The notes: generated from the letters alone by a model not told the origin. Positions 10,297 through 20,372 are shown, numbered from the stretch's first letter. The stretch: 64,000 nucleotides of DNA from Spirulina sp. (GCA_044070495.1 JBIPSI010000015.1:32001-96000); one strand, 5' to 3'. Numbers and translations are program-made.

Positions 10297-10872
10297 CTAC
10301 CCCCAAACCTCCGTCAGGGAGAGGACAAAACCCGGCAGCACGTCCTCCCCAGAAAGATGTTCCGGCTGGTTGAGGTATTCTGTGGGTCGGCCAAAACGAT
10401 AGATTTGCACTCGTTTTTCTTGGGGATCAATCAACCAGCCCAGGCGCACGCCACAATCCCGGTATTCGGCCATTTTGCGCTCTAGGGTCATCAGCTTATC
10501 GGTAGCAGACCGTAGCTCAATCACAAAATCCGGGGCTAGGGGCAAAAACCGGGCCGGATCGGGGGCAATGGCCTCAATCCGGGATTTTTCCACCCAGGCC
10601 ACATCCGGTGAACGATCCGCCCCATTGGGCATCGAGAATCCGGTGGAAGAGTCGAACACGACGCCGAGCTGGGATTGGCGATTCCAAAGGGTGACGTTGG
10701 TCGTGAGGTCGGCGTTGCGTTTGCCAGATTCCCATCCGGTCGGGGGCATAAGGATCAACTCTCCGGTGCTGCTGCGTTCTAGGCGCAGGTCTTGGTTGAC
10801 TTTGCACAACTCATAGAACTGCTCATGGGTGAGCCGCACCACGGGGTCGAGGGTTAGGGTTAGGGTTGTCAT
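10297..10872 (-). CDS. Uma2 family endonuclease
   Basis: GELILMPPTG, FDSSTGF, RSPDVAW, APDFVIELRS, GVRLGWLIDP motifs. Confidence 0.93.
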   Translation of the reverse strand: MTTLTLTLDPVVRLTHEQFYELCKVNQDLRLERSSTGELILMPPTGWESGKRNADLTTNVTLWNRQSQLGVVFDSSTGFSMPNGADRSPDVAWVEKSRIEAIAPDPARFLPLAPDFVIELRSATDKLMTLERKMAEYRDCGVRLGWLIDPQEKRVQIYRFGRPTEYLNQPEHLSGEDVLPGFVLSLTEVWG

Positions 10873-10984
10873 GGCACCGAGGGCGCAAGGATATCCCTAA
10901 TCTAGCAAGCGGGATGGGGAAAAGCGTTACTATCAGCAGAGAACGGTTTGTCAGGGCTAGAATTTGAGGAAATAGAGGTGAAGC

Positions 10985-11230
10985 ATGGTTCAAGTCACCG
11001 TCAATGTGCCAGAAGAGTTTTTAGCCGACCGTGATGCCAACACCTTAGCTCAACAGATGCAACTCGCGGCGGCGATCTATTGGTATGCCCGTGGGGAAGT
11101 CTCTATGGGCAAAGCGGCTGAGTTTGCGGGGCTAGATCGTCCTCAGTTTCTGGATATCTTGGCCCACGAAAAAATCGATGTTTTTCAGGTTGACTTTGAT
11201 GACCTAGCCGAAGAGCTATCCTGTGACTAA
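10985..11230 (+). CDS. UPF0175 family protein (putative antitoxin)
   Basis: LAAAIYWYARGEVSMGKAAEFAGL motif; overlaps the downstream PIN gene. Confidence 0.85.
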   Translation: MVQVTVNVPEEFLADRDANTLAQQMQLAAAIYWYARGEVSMGKAAEFAGLDRPQFLDILAHEKIDVFQVDFDDLAEELSCD

Positions 11231-11723
11231 TGCCGCTTTACCGCCTGTTATTAACACCTCGCCCTTGATTTTCTTGACCAAGGCAGACCTACTCTCCCTG
11301 CTGCAAGTTCGATATGTCACGGTTTTGGTGCCCACCATCGTCGTTCAAGAGATCCAGCAATATGGGCCACTCGACACCACGGCCCAGACAATCCAAAGAA
11401 CGGACTGGCTGACTATCGTTGAAGCCCCACCGACTGCTTCCGCACTACAAGCCTGTAATCTTGATGCCGGAGAAGCCTCCGTATTAGCCTGGGCCTATAC
11501 CCATCCCACCACCGAGGCTATCTTGGATGATCTGGCAGGTCGCCGTTGCGCCAGCAAGCTCAACATCCCAATCCGGGGAACCCTCGGTCTAGTGCTAGCC
11601 GCCAAGCAGCAGGGGCAGATTGCAGAAGCGAAGCCCTTGATTCTCAAACTCCGGCAAACTGGCATGTACTTGAGTGATCGGGTGATTCAAAAAGCACTGG
11701 CTCTAGTGCAGGAGGCCCTGTAG
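11223..11723 (+). CDS. DUF3368 PIN-domain protein (putative toxin)
   Basis: VINTSPLIFL, LDAGEASV, LDDLAGRR, GTLGLVL motifs. Confidence 0.88.
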   Translation: MTNAALPPVINTSPLIFLTKADLLSLLQVRYVTVLVPTIVVQEIQQYGPLDTTAQTIQRTDWLTIVEAPPTASALQACNLDAGEASVLAWAYTHPTTEAILDDLAGRRCASKLNIPIRGTLGLVLAAKQQGQIAEAKPLILKLRQTGMYLSDRVIQKALALVQEAL

Positions 11724-11890
11724 TCTCCTACACTCTCGGCACACTTGCCATATTTAGACAGAGTGACCGTCTTTATTACCGTGGAGTTATATGCTTAGCC
11801 CTTTTGGGAGATGACCTATTGCCGATGCCCTCTGAGGCTACTTAAGCAAGTCACGCACACAATCATGCGTCCGTGTGCTAAGTTGAGATT

Positions 11891-12085
11891 GCTGGCAGAT
11901 AGTCAGCTACCGCTTACGCCATAACTCGGCAGCGTAACAACTTAACCAGTCAATCCGTTGTTAACGAGATAACGGCTGGCACAAGAGAGTGATGAGGAGT
12001 TTATCCTGCCTCTCGTCTTCACAAAGTGAAGCTACTTACGGGGAACCGTTGTCATTCGCTTAGTTTAATAAGCTTTGATTGGTTT
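11891..12085 (+). ncRNA. Candidate structured non-coding RNA or leader of unknown family
   Basis: Six consecutive hairpins and a 10-bp long-range helix (11944-11953 with 12075-12084); no ORF; possible extended -10 TGCTAAGTT just upstream. Confidence 0.4.
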
Positions 12086-12143
12086 TTTGCCTTTAAGGAG
12101 TGTGCCTATTAAAAAATAGGTTTGAATTTAATTTGTTTTTCTT

Positions 12144-12172
12144 AGCACTTTGTCTCGGCAAGGTGCTTTTTT
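12144..12172 (+). terminator. Intrinsic terminator upstream of small ORF
   Basis: Stem AGCACTTTG / CAAGGTGCT followed by a T-run. Confidence 0.65.
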
Positions 12173-12193
12173 ATTTTTTAAGGAGTTTAAGTC

Positions 12194-12409
12194 ATGGGAT
12201 ATTGCTCTTGTCAGGAAGATGCTGATTACTCAAAAGATGATTTCTTGAATAGTAATGGCTGGGAAACACGAGAGGAGAAGCAGGCTCGAATTAGCCAATT
12301 AGCTAGGGATTTATGTGCTCGAAATGAGAAGAAAAGAGGTGTTAACTTGAAAGCGTCATCATTTGGCAACATGCCTTCCTTTGATTCTTGGTCACAGAAG
12401 TGGTCATGA
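12194..12409 (+). CDS. Hypothetical 71-aa protein
   Basis: Strong RBS (AAGGAG) 8 nt before ATG; no recognisable family. Confidence 0.5.
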   Translation: MGYCSCQEDADYSKDDFLNSNGWETREEKQARISQLARDLCARNEKKRGVNLKASSFGNMPSFDSWSQKWS

Positions 12410-12596
12410 TCATGATGTAGTTACCCCTGAGGCTAGTGAGGTAAGTCGGTCGCATTGAAATCATGAGGTTTCTGCGCACTAGACTATACCTCACCAGGCA
12501 GGGAAAGGCTGTAGGCGCTGTTGGTTTTATATATCCTGTGATTGCACCCCAGTCTCTTGGCATACTAGAGGCGCTGGCGATTTGTGTTTCTGCCCT

Positions 12597-15197
12597 ATGG
12601 TGTCCGATCCGCAACCGACTTCACCCGACTGGGGGCGCTTGCAACGGGCGCTCTCGGTGGAGGCTGAGAGCGGCTTTAACGACCTGGTGGGCAAACAGCA
12701 GACCTTCAGCGAATTTTTGCGAGACAGTTTGCAACAGCCGCCGGGGGTGTTGCCGCCGGATCAGCAGCGATCTTGGCAGGATTTGGCCCAAAAGTATAGC
12801 GACTATGGGGATTTGGGCTTTGCCCAGCGGCAGCATTTGGTGGCGGAAACGCGGCGATTTTTGTATGGCACCCAGCGGTTGCTAGAGCAGTTCAGTAAGA
12901 CGAAGGCTCAGCGGGGGCGGGGAAGTGGGGTTGGTGAGGATGGTGAGGGGGGTGATGCGGCAGCGGGGGGGGCTAGATCGGGCGGAGTTTCTGCCCAGGT
13001 GGGATCGCGGCAATCGTCCACCACGGCGACTTCAGGGGCCAAACGTAGCCCTAAGACAGCCCAGGTGGCGGCGGCTAGTCCTAGCAGTTCTGGCTTTGGG
13101 TTGGATCAGCCCCTCACCTACCTGAAGGGCATCGGCCCCAAGAACAGCGAGCGACTGGCCAAACTGGGCCTGTTCACCGTGCAGGATGTGCTTTATTACT
13201 ATCCCCGCGACCACATCAACTATGCCCAGCAGGTCAAAATTCGCGACCTGGTGCCGGGGGAGACCGTGACCATTGTGGGCACGGTGCGGCGAGTGAATTG
13301 TTTTACCAGTCCGCGCAACAAAAAGCTGACCATTTTTGAGCTGCAACTGTCGGACGGCAGCGCCAGCCTAAAGCTGAATCGGTTTTACCCCGGCAACCGC
13401 TACGCTACGCCCAGTTGGCAGCAGCAGCAAAAGCGCCAGTATCCCCAGGGGGCGGTGGTGGCGGCATCGGGCCTGGTAAAGGAGGGCAAGTATGGCATGA
13501 CACTGGAGGATCCGCACCTAGAGGTGTTGGACAGCCTCAGCGACCGCATCGAATCCCTCACCATTGGGCGGCTGGTGCCCGTCTATGCACTGACGGAGGG
13601 GGTAACGGCTGACCTGGTGCGGAAGGTGGTGGTGGCCTCGTTGCCAGCGGTGCCGTTGTTGAAGGATCCGCTGCCTGTGGATGTGCGGCAGCGGCAGGGC
13701 TTGGTGGCGTTGGATAAAGCCATCGCCCAAATCCATTTCCCTGACGACGAAGAAAACCTGACCCAGGCCCGCCGCCGCTTGGTGTTTGACGAATTCTTCT
13801 ATCTGCAACTGGGCCTCTTGCGTCGTCGGCAGCAGCAGCGCCAGCAGCAAACCGCCATCACCCTAGCCCCCACCGGGGAGTTGATTGAACGGTTCTACGG
13901 CATCCTGCCCTTTAAGTTAACGGACGCTCAACAGCGGGTGGTGAATGATATTTTGGCCGACTTGCAGCAGCCCATCCCCATGAATCGCCTGGTGCAGGGG
14001 GATGTGGGTTCCGGCAAAACCGTGGTGGCGGTGGTGGCGATGTTGGCGGCGATTCAGGCGGGCTACCAGGCGGCGTTGATGGCCCCCACGGAAGTCCTCG
14101 CCGAGCAGCACTATCGCAAACTGGTGGACTGGTTCAACCAACTGCATTTGACAGTGGAACTGCTAACCGGATCGACCCGTGCCGCCAAACGTCGCAAGCT
14201 CCTGGGCGAACTGGCCACCGGGGAACTGAACGTCCTCGTCGGCACCCACGCCCTGATTGAAGACCCGGTGCAGTTCTGTAGCCTGGGCCTGGTCAGCATC
14301 GACGAACAGCACCGCTTTGGCGTACAGCAAAGGGCGCGACTGATGCAAAAAGGGGCCAATCCCCATGTGCTCACCCTCACCGCCACCCCCATCCCCCGCA
14401 CCCTGTCGCTGACCCTGCACGGGGATTTGGACGTGAGCCAGATCGACGAACTGCCCCCCGGACGCAAGGCCATCCAAACCACCCTGCTCACCAACCAAGA
14501 CCGCACCCACGCCTACGACCTAATGCGGCGAGAAATTGCCCAGGGTCGCCAGGTCTACGTGGTGCTGCCCCTGGTGGAGGAATCGGAAAAGCTCGACCTC
14601 AAATCCGCCGTGGACGAGCACCAGCGCCTTGCGGAGGCAATTTTTCCTGAGTTCACCGTCGGTCTGCTCCACGGCAAAATGTCCTCCGCCGAAAAGGACG
14701 CGGCCATCACCGCCTTCCGCAATCGGGAGACTCACATTCTCGTTTCCACGACCGTGGTGGAAGTGGGCGTAGACGTACCCAACGCCTCGGTGATGCTGAT
14801 CGAACACGCCGAACGGTTTGGTCTGTCGCAACTGCACCAGCTCCGGGGGCGGGTCGGTCGTGGGGCGGCGCAATCCTTCTGTTTATTGCTCAGCAGCAGC
14901 AAAAGTGAAAATGCCCTGCAACGGTTGCGGGTGCTAGAGCAATCCCAGGACGGCTTCTTTATTGCGGAAATGGATCTGCGTTTCCGGGGGCCGGGAGAAG
15001 TGTTGGGTACTCGTCAATCCGGCCTGCCTGACCTGGCCCTGGCGAGCTTGATCGAAGATCAGGACGTACTCATGCTGGCCCGTGAAGCGGCGGAAGCTTT
15101 ATTGAATGAAGATCCTACCCTTTCCCGCTGGCCTCGGTTGGCCCAGGAACTCCAACGCCGCTACGACAAATTTATGGGCGGGGCGATTATGACGTAA
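12597..15197 (+). CDS. recG: ATP-dependent DNA helicase RecG
   Basis: RRRLVFDEF, MNRLVQGDVGSGKT, DEQHRFG, TATPIPRT, QLHQLRGRVGRG, RGPGE motifs; cyanobacterial N-terminal extension. Confidence 0.97.
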   Translation: MVSDPQPTSPDWGRLQRALSVEAESGFNDLVGKQQTFSEFLRDSLQQPPGVLPPDQQRSWQDLAQKYSDYGDLGFAQRQHLVAETRRFLYGTQRLLEQFSKTKAQRGRGSGVGEDGEGGDAAAGGARSGGVSAQVGSRQSSTTATSGAKRSPKTAQVAAASPSSSGFGLDQPLTYLKGIGPKNSERLAKLGLFTVQDVLYYYPRDHINYAQQVKIRDLVPGETVTIVGTVRRVNCFTSPRNKKLTIFELQLSDGSASLKLNRFYPGNRYATPSWQQQQKRQYPQGAVVAASGLVKEGKYGMTLEDPHLEVLDSLSDRIESLTIGRLVPVYALTEGVTADLVRKVVVASLPAVPLLKDPLPVDVRQRQGLVALDKAIAQIHFPDDEENLTQARRRLVFDEFFYLQLGLLRRRQQQRQQQTAITLAPTGELIERFYGILPFKLTDAQQRVVNDILADLQQPIPMNRLVQGDVGSGKTVVAVVAMLAAIQAGYQAALMAPTEVLAEQHYRKLVDWFNQLHLTVELLTGSTRAAKRRKLLGELATGELNVLVGTHALIEDPVQFCSLGLVSIDEQHRFGVQQRARLMQKGANPHVLTLTATPIPRTLSLTLHGDLDVSQIDELPPGRKAIQTTLLTNQDRTHAYDLMRREIAQGRQVYVVLPLVEESEKLDLKSAVDEHQRLAEAIFPEFTVGLLHGKMSSAEKDAAITAFRNRETHILVSTTVVEVGVDVPNASVMLIEHAERFGLSQLHQLRGRVGRGAAQSFCLLLSSSKSENALQRLRVLEQSQDGFFIAEMDLRFRGPGEVLGTRQSGLPDLALASLIEDQDVLMLAREAAEALLNEDPTLSRWPRLAQELQRRYDKFMGGAIMT

Positions 15198-15411
15198 TCC
15201 TAAATCCGGCTTGGTTGCCCCCGGCATCAGCGGACGAGGAAACCTCGCCCCTACGATTTGTCGGCTTGGGAATCGGGGGTTTCTGATTCGGATTTTGTAT
15301 GGGGCAAATTGCTACGACGAAGGAGAAAAACGACCACCCCAACGGTCTCAAGAACCGAGAAGATGGTCGTCCTGTGCTGCCTTGCAATCGGCGGCGATCT
15401 GCGGACGTGGC

Positions 15412-18400
15412 CTACTCCGGCTTTTGTTCCGGCATCATGCACTTGTCGGAGTCGCAGCCAGCGGGGCCAGCTTCAATCAGGTCTCCGGCATCGTACAGGG
15501 CCAGGGCCGAGTGGAAGTCTGCCGTGCCGCGACGGGCTTCCACCTTCTGACTTTCGGCCTCGTAGGTGGCCTTGTCAATCGGCTCGAAGGGCAGACGGGG
15601 GAAGGTTTGCAGGTCGTCGAACCGAGCCAGCAGCGCCGCCGAAATGTAGCCCTCGTCGTTTTGGATAGCCTGGTAGATCCGCTCGCCCAGGACTTCCAGT
15701 TCCGGCTCCCGAAATTCGATGGTGGCCGAGGTGTTGTGGGTGGTGTAGTGCTTCTGCACCTGCATGTAAAAGTCGAACTGGGCCGCCGCCGTGAATTTTT
15801 CGATGGCGATTTCGTCGGCACCGGGCAGGTTGGCCCAGGGCACTTCTACGGGAATTTCCACCAGCCACTCGGTACAGCGCGGGTCGAAGGGGTCGTTCAG
15901 CAGGTTGCCGTTCTCGTCCTTGTCGGACTGGGAGGGCACCACGGAATAGCCGTAATCAATACAGGCCATGGCCACCGGGTCATTCTTGCGGAAGGTGATC
16001 CGCCGCAAAAAGCGCTGGGCCTTGGGCGGGTGCCAGCCCGGAGATGCCCCCGTCAGCAGGGATTTTGTTCCCGCAGGCTGCACGGTGGTACAGCGGTTGG
16101 GCCGCTTCAGCCCGTGGCGGTCGCAATAGTCCCACACCACCCGATGAACGATGTCCTTCCAGCGGCTCAGGTAGGCTTGCTCCTTTTGCTTGAACTCCAG
16201 CCCTTGCATGGTGTCGGGACGGCCCGCCTCCCACCAGCGCAGCCAGTCTACGCCGAACGCCTGCACAAAGAAGTCGAACAGCCCGGTGAAGGACACGCCC
16301 ACAATCGGGTCTTCCAATCGCGACTGCTGGTAACGCGGCTCGTTAAATTGGTGATTCAACAGCACCGCCACCGACAGCGCCGCCGCCGTAAAGGCATCCT
16401 CTTGATCCTGAAGGTTGCTAGGATCAAGCTGGTTCAAATGTACCTCTGAAAGGTTGCAGTGAAAGTTGGATCCAAGAATCTCGCCGCAATTGTGAGCGAC
16501 TAGACCATTGGCATCGAACCGGGCAGGGCCAGGGACGGTACAGTCGTAGACCGCTTCCACGCCATCGGGCACAACGCTGGACACCGTAGCCGTAAACCGT
16601 TCCCGGTTGGGGCGACGCTTGTACTGCCCCAACACCTCAGCCAACTTTGCAGCCTTAGCGGGTTCTTGGAAACCGATTAGCTCGGCAAAAACCTGAAGGT
16701 TGTCGTTGGCGATCACCAATTCATGCTGAGTTTGGCAGAAATAGGGGGCAGGTTCCCGGTTGGCATCGGGCAGATCACGATAGCCCTCGGTTCGCCGCTC
16801 TTGGTAAAGCGTGGACACAATGCCCAAACGACCCAGCATCCGCTGTACCGCTTGCAGGTTAGCCAGATTGCTTTGGGCCAGCCGCACGCTAATCCCCTTA
16901 GCCTGACTACCCTGGACGCTGCCATCGGCATCAAACAACCCTTGCAAGAAGCCCTGGTAGAACTCGTAGCTGCCCTGTTCAACGGCGGTGGTGATCACCT
17001 TATGGCCGGGGGCAAGGCCAAATTCTGCCGCGAGGCTAGCCAATCCCGCCGAGTTCACCACCCGATGCTTGAGTTGGCGGTGATAGTGGGCCGCTGCGGT
17101 GCGGCGTTCGTAGCCCACGGTGGTTTGCAAGAGGGCAATGGCGTGCTCGCTCATCGCTTCCTGGGATTCCCCCCAGAAGCGCAGCAGGGCCGAGTCATTC
17201 CACTGGGTTTTGGCCAAGCTGCCGTCACCTACCAAATTCCCCAGCAACCAACCCGCTTCCCTGGTGCCTTGCCCGTCCCAGGGTTGTAGCCCCCGGTGGT
17301 TGTGCAGCAGGATGCGATCTCCCGGTTGAAGGGTTTCAGCTTCTACCCATTCGGTGTATTGAGCCTTTTGGGTTTGTGCCGTTACTTTCAGAACCTTGTG
17401 GTTCCCGGTCAAACGAAGGTTGTGCCCCTCGGCGGTGCTGAGCTTGAGGACAGGTTTGGTGCCGGAATAGAAGAAGCCCTCGGCGGTGGTGCTGAACAGT
17501 TCGCCATTGACGTAGGTACTGTGCTGCTGACCGATCAGCTCCTTCACCTGACGGGGGCCATCGCCCGTATGCACCCAGGTATCCGCCGTTACGCAGGGGT
17601 TCAGACCGTAGCGGTCATCGGCTCCGGCCCGCCGCTTGGCCTCCCCGGCCCACTGAATTGCGCCCTCGCCGGAATAAAACTGCTTCCGTACCGAGTCTAC
17701 ACAATCCTGAAGGCTAGGCTTTTCGTGGAAGACGCGGGTGTGATTGGCCATCCGCAGTACGTCTCGTTCGGGGTCGATGCGCCAGTTGCCCTCGGAATCC
17801 TGCTGCCAGAGGTTATCCTTGGCCCCAGCCGCTAGGTCGTCGCTGCTGTCGAATTGGCGCATCCCGGCACTGCGTCTGATGTTACCCGCCACCACACAGG
17901 CAGCGGCTTCATCAATCAGCAGACAGCATTCTACGGAATTGAGCTGGCGACCGAGGGCTTTGTTGAGGATATTGGCGCAGCGGTCGTACAGCAGCGATAG
18001 GCGGATGGGGTTGGCGACGCCACCGAAGCCCTTAAGTTTTTCGCCAGCGGGGCGCACGTCGCTGAGGTCGATGGTGACTTCGACGGTGTCGGTGAAGCGC
18101 TCGTCGGTAGAGAGTTCCAGCAGGGTTTGGTAAGACTGCACCCAGCCCTGGCGGCTGTCGCCTACTCGGATGTTGACCTGATTGCCGTCGATGGCAACTT
18201 CGGTGATTTCGCGACGGTCGGCGGCGGGGGTGGTGCCAATGTCGCCGCCCATGGTGACGTTGAGGCGGTTACGGATGGCGGGAATTTGGTTGATGTATTT
18301 GGGTTCTAGAATTGCCCCGGTGCCGCAGCCCATCATGGCCAAGTCCATCATCAGGCCAAAGGCGCGCCAGTCCACCACGTTGGTGCTGGTGCAGTTGTAG

Positions 18401-18702
18401 GCTCCCGAAAAATTCTCAGGCTGTTTGCTCCAGGCGGTGCCGCCCACCCACAGCCAACGCCCCGAAGGAAGGGCTTTTACCTGGCGCTGCATTCGGTTCA
18501 GCAGGGCCATCTCTTCGTCGGTGAGGTTGCCCAGTTCCTTCAGCCCCTCCAGGGTGCGGTCACAGACCTGATCCCAGGTTTCCCGTTGACCGGGCACCAC
18601 CTCGCCTCGACGGCTGTAGGTGCGATAGAACACCGGAAATGCGGCAGGTGCGGCTTCGGGAAACGGCCCTTGCTGCCGAATACGGGGGACTTCTTGAACC
18701 AT
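15412..18702 (-). CDS. nrdJ: Adenosylcobalamin-dependent (class II) ribonucleotide reductase, intein-containing
   Basis: VFYRTYSR, PSGRWLW, YNC, VVAGNIRRSA, GLNP/CGEI, TTVQPAGT, C-terminal CDSDKC. Confidence 0.95.
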   Translation of the reverse strand: MVQEVPRIRQQGPFPEAAPAAFPVFYRTYSRRGEVVPGQRETWDQVCDRTLEGLKELGNLTDEEMALLNRMQRQVKALPSGRWLWVGGTAWSKQPENFSGAYNCTSTNVVDWRAFGLMMDLAMMGCGTGAILEPKYINQIPAIRNRLNVTMGGDIGTTPAADRREITEVAIDGNQVNIRVGDSRQGWVQSYQTLLELSTDERFTDTVEVTIDLSDVRPAGEKLKGFGGVANPIRLSLLYDRCANILNKALGRQLNSVECCLLIDEAAACVVAGNIRRSAGMRQFDSSDDLAAGAKDNLWQQDSEGNWRIDPERDVLRMANHTRVFHEKPSLQDCVDSVRKQFYSGEGAIQWAGEAKRRAGADDRYGLNPCVTADTWVHTGDGPRQVKELIGQQHSTYVNGELFSTTAEGFFYSGTKPVLKLSTAEGHNLRLTGNHKVLKVTAQTQKAQYTEWVEAETLQPGDRILLHNHRGLQPWDGQGTREAGWLLGNLVGDGSLAKTQWNDSALLRFWGESQEAMSEHAIALLQTTVGYERRTAAAHYHRQLKHRVVNSAGLASLAAEFGLAPGHKVITTAVEQGSYEFYQGFLQGLFDADGSVQGSQAKGISVRLAQSNLANLQAVQRMLGRLGIVSTLYQERRTEGYRDLPDANREPAPYFCQTQHELVIANDNLQVFAELIGFQEPAKAAKLAEVLGQYKRRPNRERFTATVSSVVPDGVEAVYDCTVPGPARFDANGLVAHNCGEILGSNFHCNLSEVHLNQLDPSNLQDQEDAFTAAALSVAVLLNHQFNEPRYQQSRLEDPIVGVSFTGLFDFFVQAFGVDWLRWWEAGRPDTMQGLEFKQKEQAYLSRWKDIVHRVVWDYCDRHGLKRPNRCTTVQPAGTKSLLTGASPGWHPPKAQRFLRRITFRKNDPVAMACIDYGYSVVPSQSDKDENGNLLNDPFDPRCTEWLVEIPVEVPWANLPGADEIAIEKFTAAAQFDFYMQVQKHYTTHNTSATIEFREPELEVLGERIYQAIQNDEGYISAALLARFDDLQTFPRLPFEPIDKATYEAESQKVEARRGTADFHSALALYDAGDLIEAGPAGCDSDKCMMPEQKPE
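16489..17595 (-). mobile_element. Intein with LAGLIDADG homing endonuclease in nrdJ (369 aa)
   Basis: Starts CVTADT, block B LTGNH, ends VAHN followed by C; LLGNLVGDGS and FLQGLFDADGS motifs; removal restores NPCGE. Confidence 0.95.
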
Positions 18703-18763
18703 GGGAGTAGCCTTTTGGGGGTGGATTAACACGCTATGACCAGTGACTCATCATAGCGAATAA

Positions 18764-18821
18764 TCCTCGGATATAGCGTGTCCCCACGATACAGAACCCT
18801 ACATGACGCTAAATCTAGCCC
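18764..18821. promoter_or_regulatory. Putative tandem NrdR boxes upstream of nrdJ
   Basis: ACGCTAAATCTAGCCC (18806-18821) fits the conserved NrdR-box positions; weaker box at 18764-18779, 42 bp apart. Confidence 0.55.
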
Positions 18822-18897
18822 TTGCCAGCAGCACTATACGGGCGCACCGCAGTGCGCCCCAACCCTCGACTCTGATCCCATCCCCATCCCCTAGTCC

Positions 18898-19629
18898 CTA
18901 GACTCCCTGGGGCGTTTCTTGCCAGAGTTGGGTGGTTTGGCGCAGGCTGCGGTAGTCGCCGTTGCCGATGATCAAGTGGTCGAGGACGGGGGTGGCGAGG
19001 ATTTGTGCACCCTGGAGCAGTTGGCGGGTGAGGGAAAGGTCTTCAGGACTGGGGTCGAGGTTGCCGCTGGGGTGGTTGTGGGCGACGATGCAGCGCACCG
19101 CTCCGTGGCGGATCACTTCTTTGAAGATTTCGCGGGGGTGGGCGAGGGTTTCGGTGGCGGTGCCGATGGTGATCACTTTGGTGCCCAGCAGGCGGTGGCG
19201 GATATCCAAAAGCACCACGGCGAAGCGTTCCTGGGTTTGCCACATCAGGTCGTGGCTGAGGGCGGCGGCGGCAATGGCGGGGTCGTCTACCACGGTTTTT
19301 TCGGGGGGGATGGCCTGGAGGACTCGTTTACCCAGTTCGATGGCGGCGATGATGGTGGTTGCTTTGGCAGGGCCAACCCCGGAGATTTTTGTGAGGTCGT
19401 GGGCGGTCATGTCGCGCATGGCGGAGAGGGGATCCCGCTGGCTTTGGCCCATCTCCTGCAAAATTAACTGTCCTAGACCCACCGCCGAAAGTTTGCCGGG
19501 GCCTTGCCCGGTTCCCAGTAAAATAGCGAGTAGTTCTGCTGTGGATAGGCTTTTGGAGCCGTAGGACAACAGCCGCTCGCGAGGGCGGTCGCTGGACGGC
19601 ATATCCAATACTCGAACGTGGTAAGTCAT
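18898..19629 (-). CDS. radC: RadC family (JAB/MPN domain) protein
   Basis: [37 protein letters not shown] motifs. Confidence 0.95.
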   Translation of the reverse strand: MTYHVRVLDMPSSDRPRERLLSYGSKSLSTAELLAILLGTGQGPGKLSAVGLGQLILQEMGQSQRDPLSAMRDMTAHDLTKISGVGPAKATTIIAAIELGKRVLQAIPPEKTVVDDPAIAAAALSHDLMWQTQERFAVVLLDIRHRLLGTKVITIGTATETLAHPREIFKEVIRHGAVRCIVAHNHPSGNLDPSPEDLSLTRQLLQGAQILATPVLDHLIIGNGDYRSLRQTTQLWQETPQGV

Positions 19630-19946
19630 ACTGAAGTGCACCTCTGATCCCTAGACCATGGGTGTTATGGCCCAAGGGTAGTCAGCCCAGATCCAGGGTT
19701 CAGGTCACCATTCAGGGGTTGAGGTTACGCCAATTGGCTAGCCTAATACCAAATCCGAATAGAAAACCCCCTAAACGAATTGAGGCTTCGACAAGCTCAG
19801 CCGGAGCGGGATCAGCATTTGAATCGGGGGTAACAACCAGGATTTGGTATAAAGCGTTATCTCGTCCGATTTACCGCTATTGAGACAACGACCAATTTGC
19901 ACGTCTTAGTGATTCATCTACCCCAGTTTCCATTACCGAGGACGCC

Positions 19947-20372
19947 ATGGTTGCCCCTGACCCCACCGCCACCGATATCACCGCGATTCGTAAGCGATTG
20001 AATCAATTTAGCTGCCTTAGAACGCCCCCCGAACTCAGCCCAGCGGAACGGGATCAGGTGTGCCAAGATTTGGCCACCTTCAACGATCTTTCCGATTACC
20101 AAACTCTGGGAATTTGTGCGGGTTCTTTAACCGAGGCCAAGACGGCAATGGAGGCATTTTTGAAGGCGTTAGGGGTCACCGTCAACTTAGATTTGCCCGC
20201 ACGGGAAGGGGCTGTTTACCTCAAGTTCAATACCCTCAAAGGGGCTTGGTATTTAGATGATTACAGCGGCCAGTCTCGCGGCGTGTTGATTACCTTCCAC
20301 AGTTCCGAACCCGAATACGAGGAACTGGTGGGCACCTACGGGCCTTTTTCCTTTAATCTGTTCGACGCTTAG
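19947..20372 (+). CDS. DUF1824-like conserved cyanobacterial protein
   Basis: SDYQTLGICA, VYLKFN, YSGQSRGVLI, TYGPF motifs. Confidence 0.75.
   Translation: MVAPDPTATDITAIRKRLNQFSCLRTPPELSPAERDQVCQDLATFNDLSDYQTLGICAGSLTEAKTAMEAFLKALGVTVNLDLPAREGAVYLKFNTLKGAWYLDDYSGQSRGVLITFHSSEPEYEELVGTYGPFSFNLFDA

Noticed and set aside
11985..12015. Hammerhead ribozyme or known riboswitch
   Set aside because: GTGATGAG rather than CTGATGA, with no matching GAAA core; no cobalamin, TPP, c-di-AMP or glutamine consensus recognised
12424..12503. Integron attC site or retron msd
   Set aside because: Bulged hairpin, but no clear RYYYAAC/GTTRRRY ends and no integrase or reverse transcriptase in the window
15211..16449. 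412-aa plus-strand ORF, and similar long antisense ORFs such as 44887-45750
   Set aside because: Shadow frames opposite well-supported genes in GC-rich DNA, with no motifs
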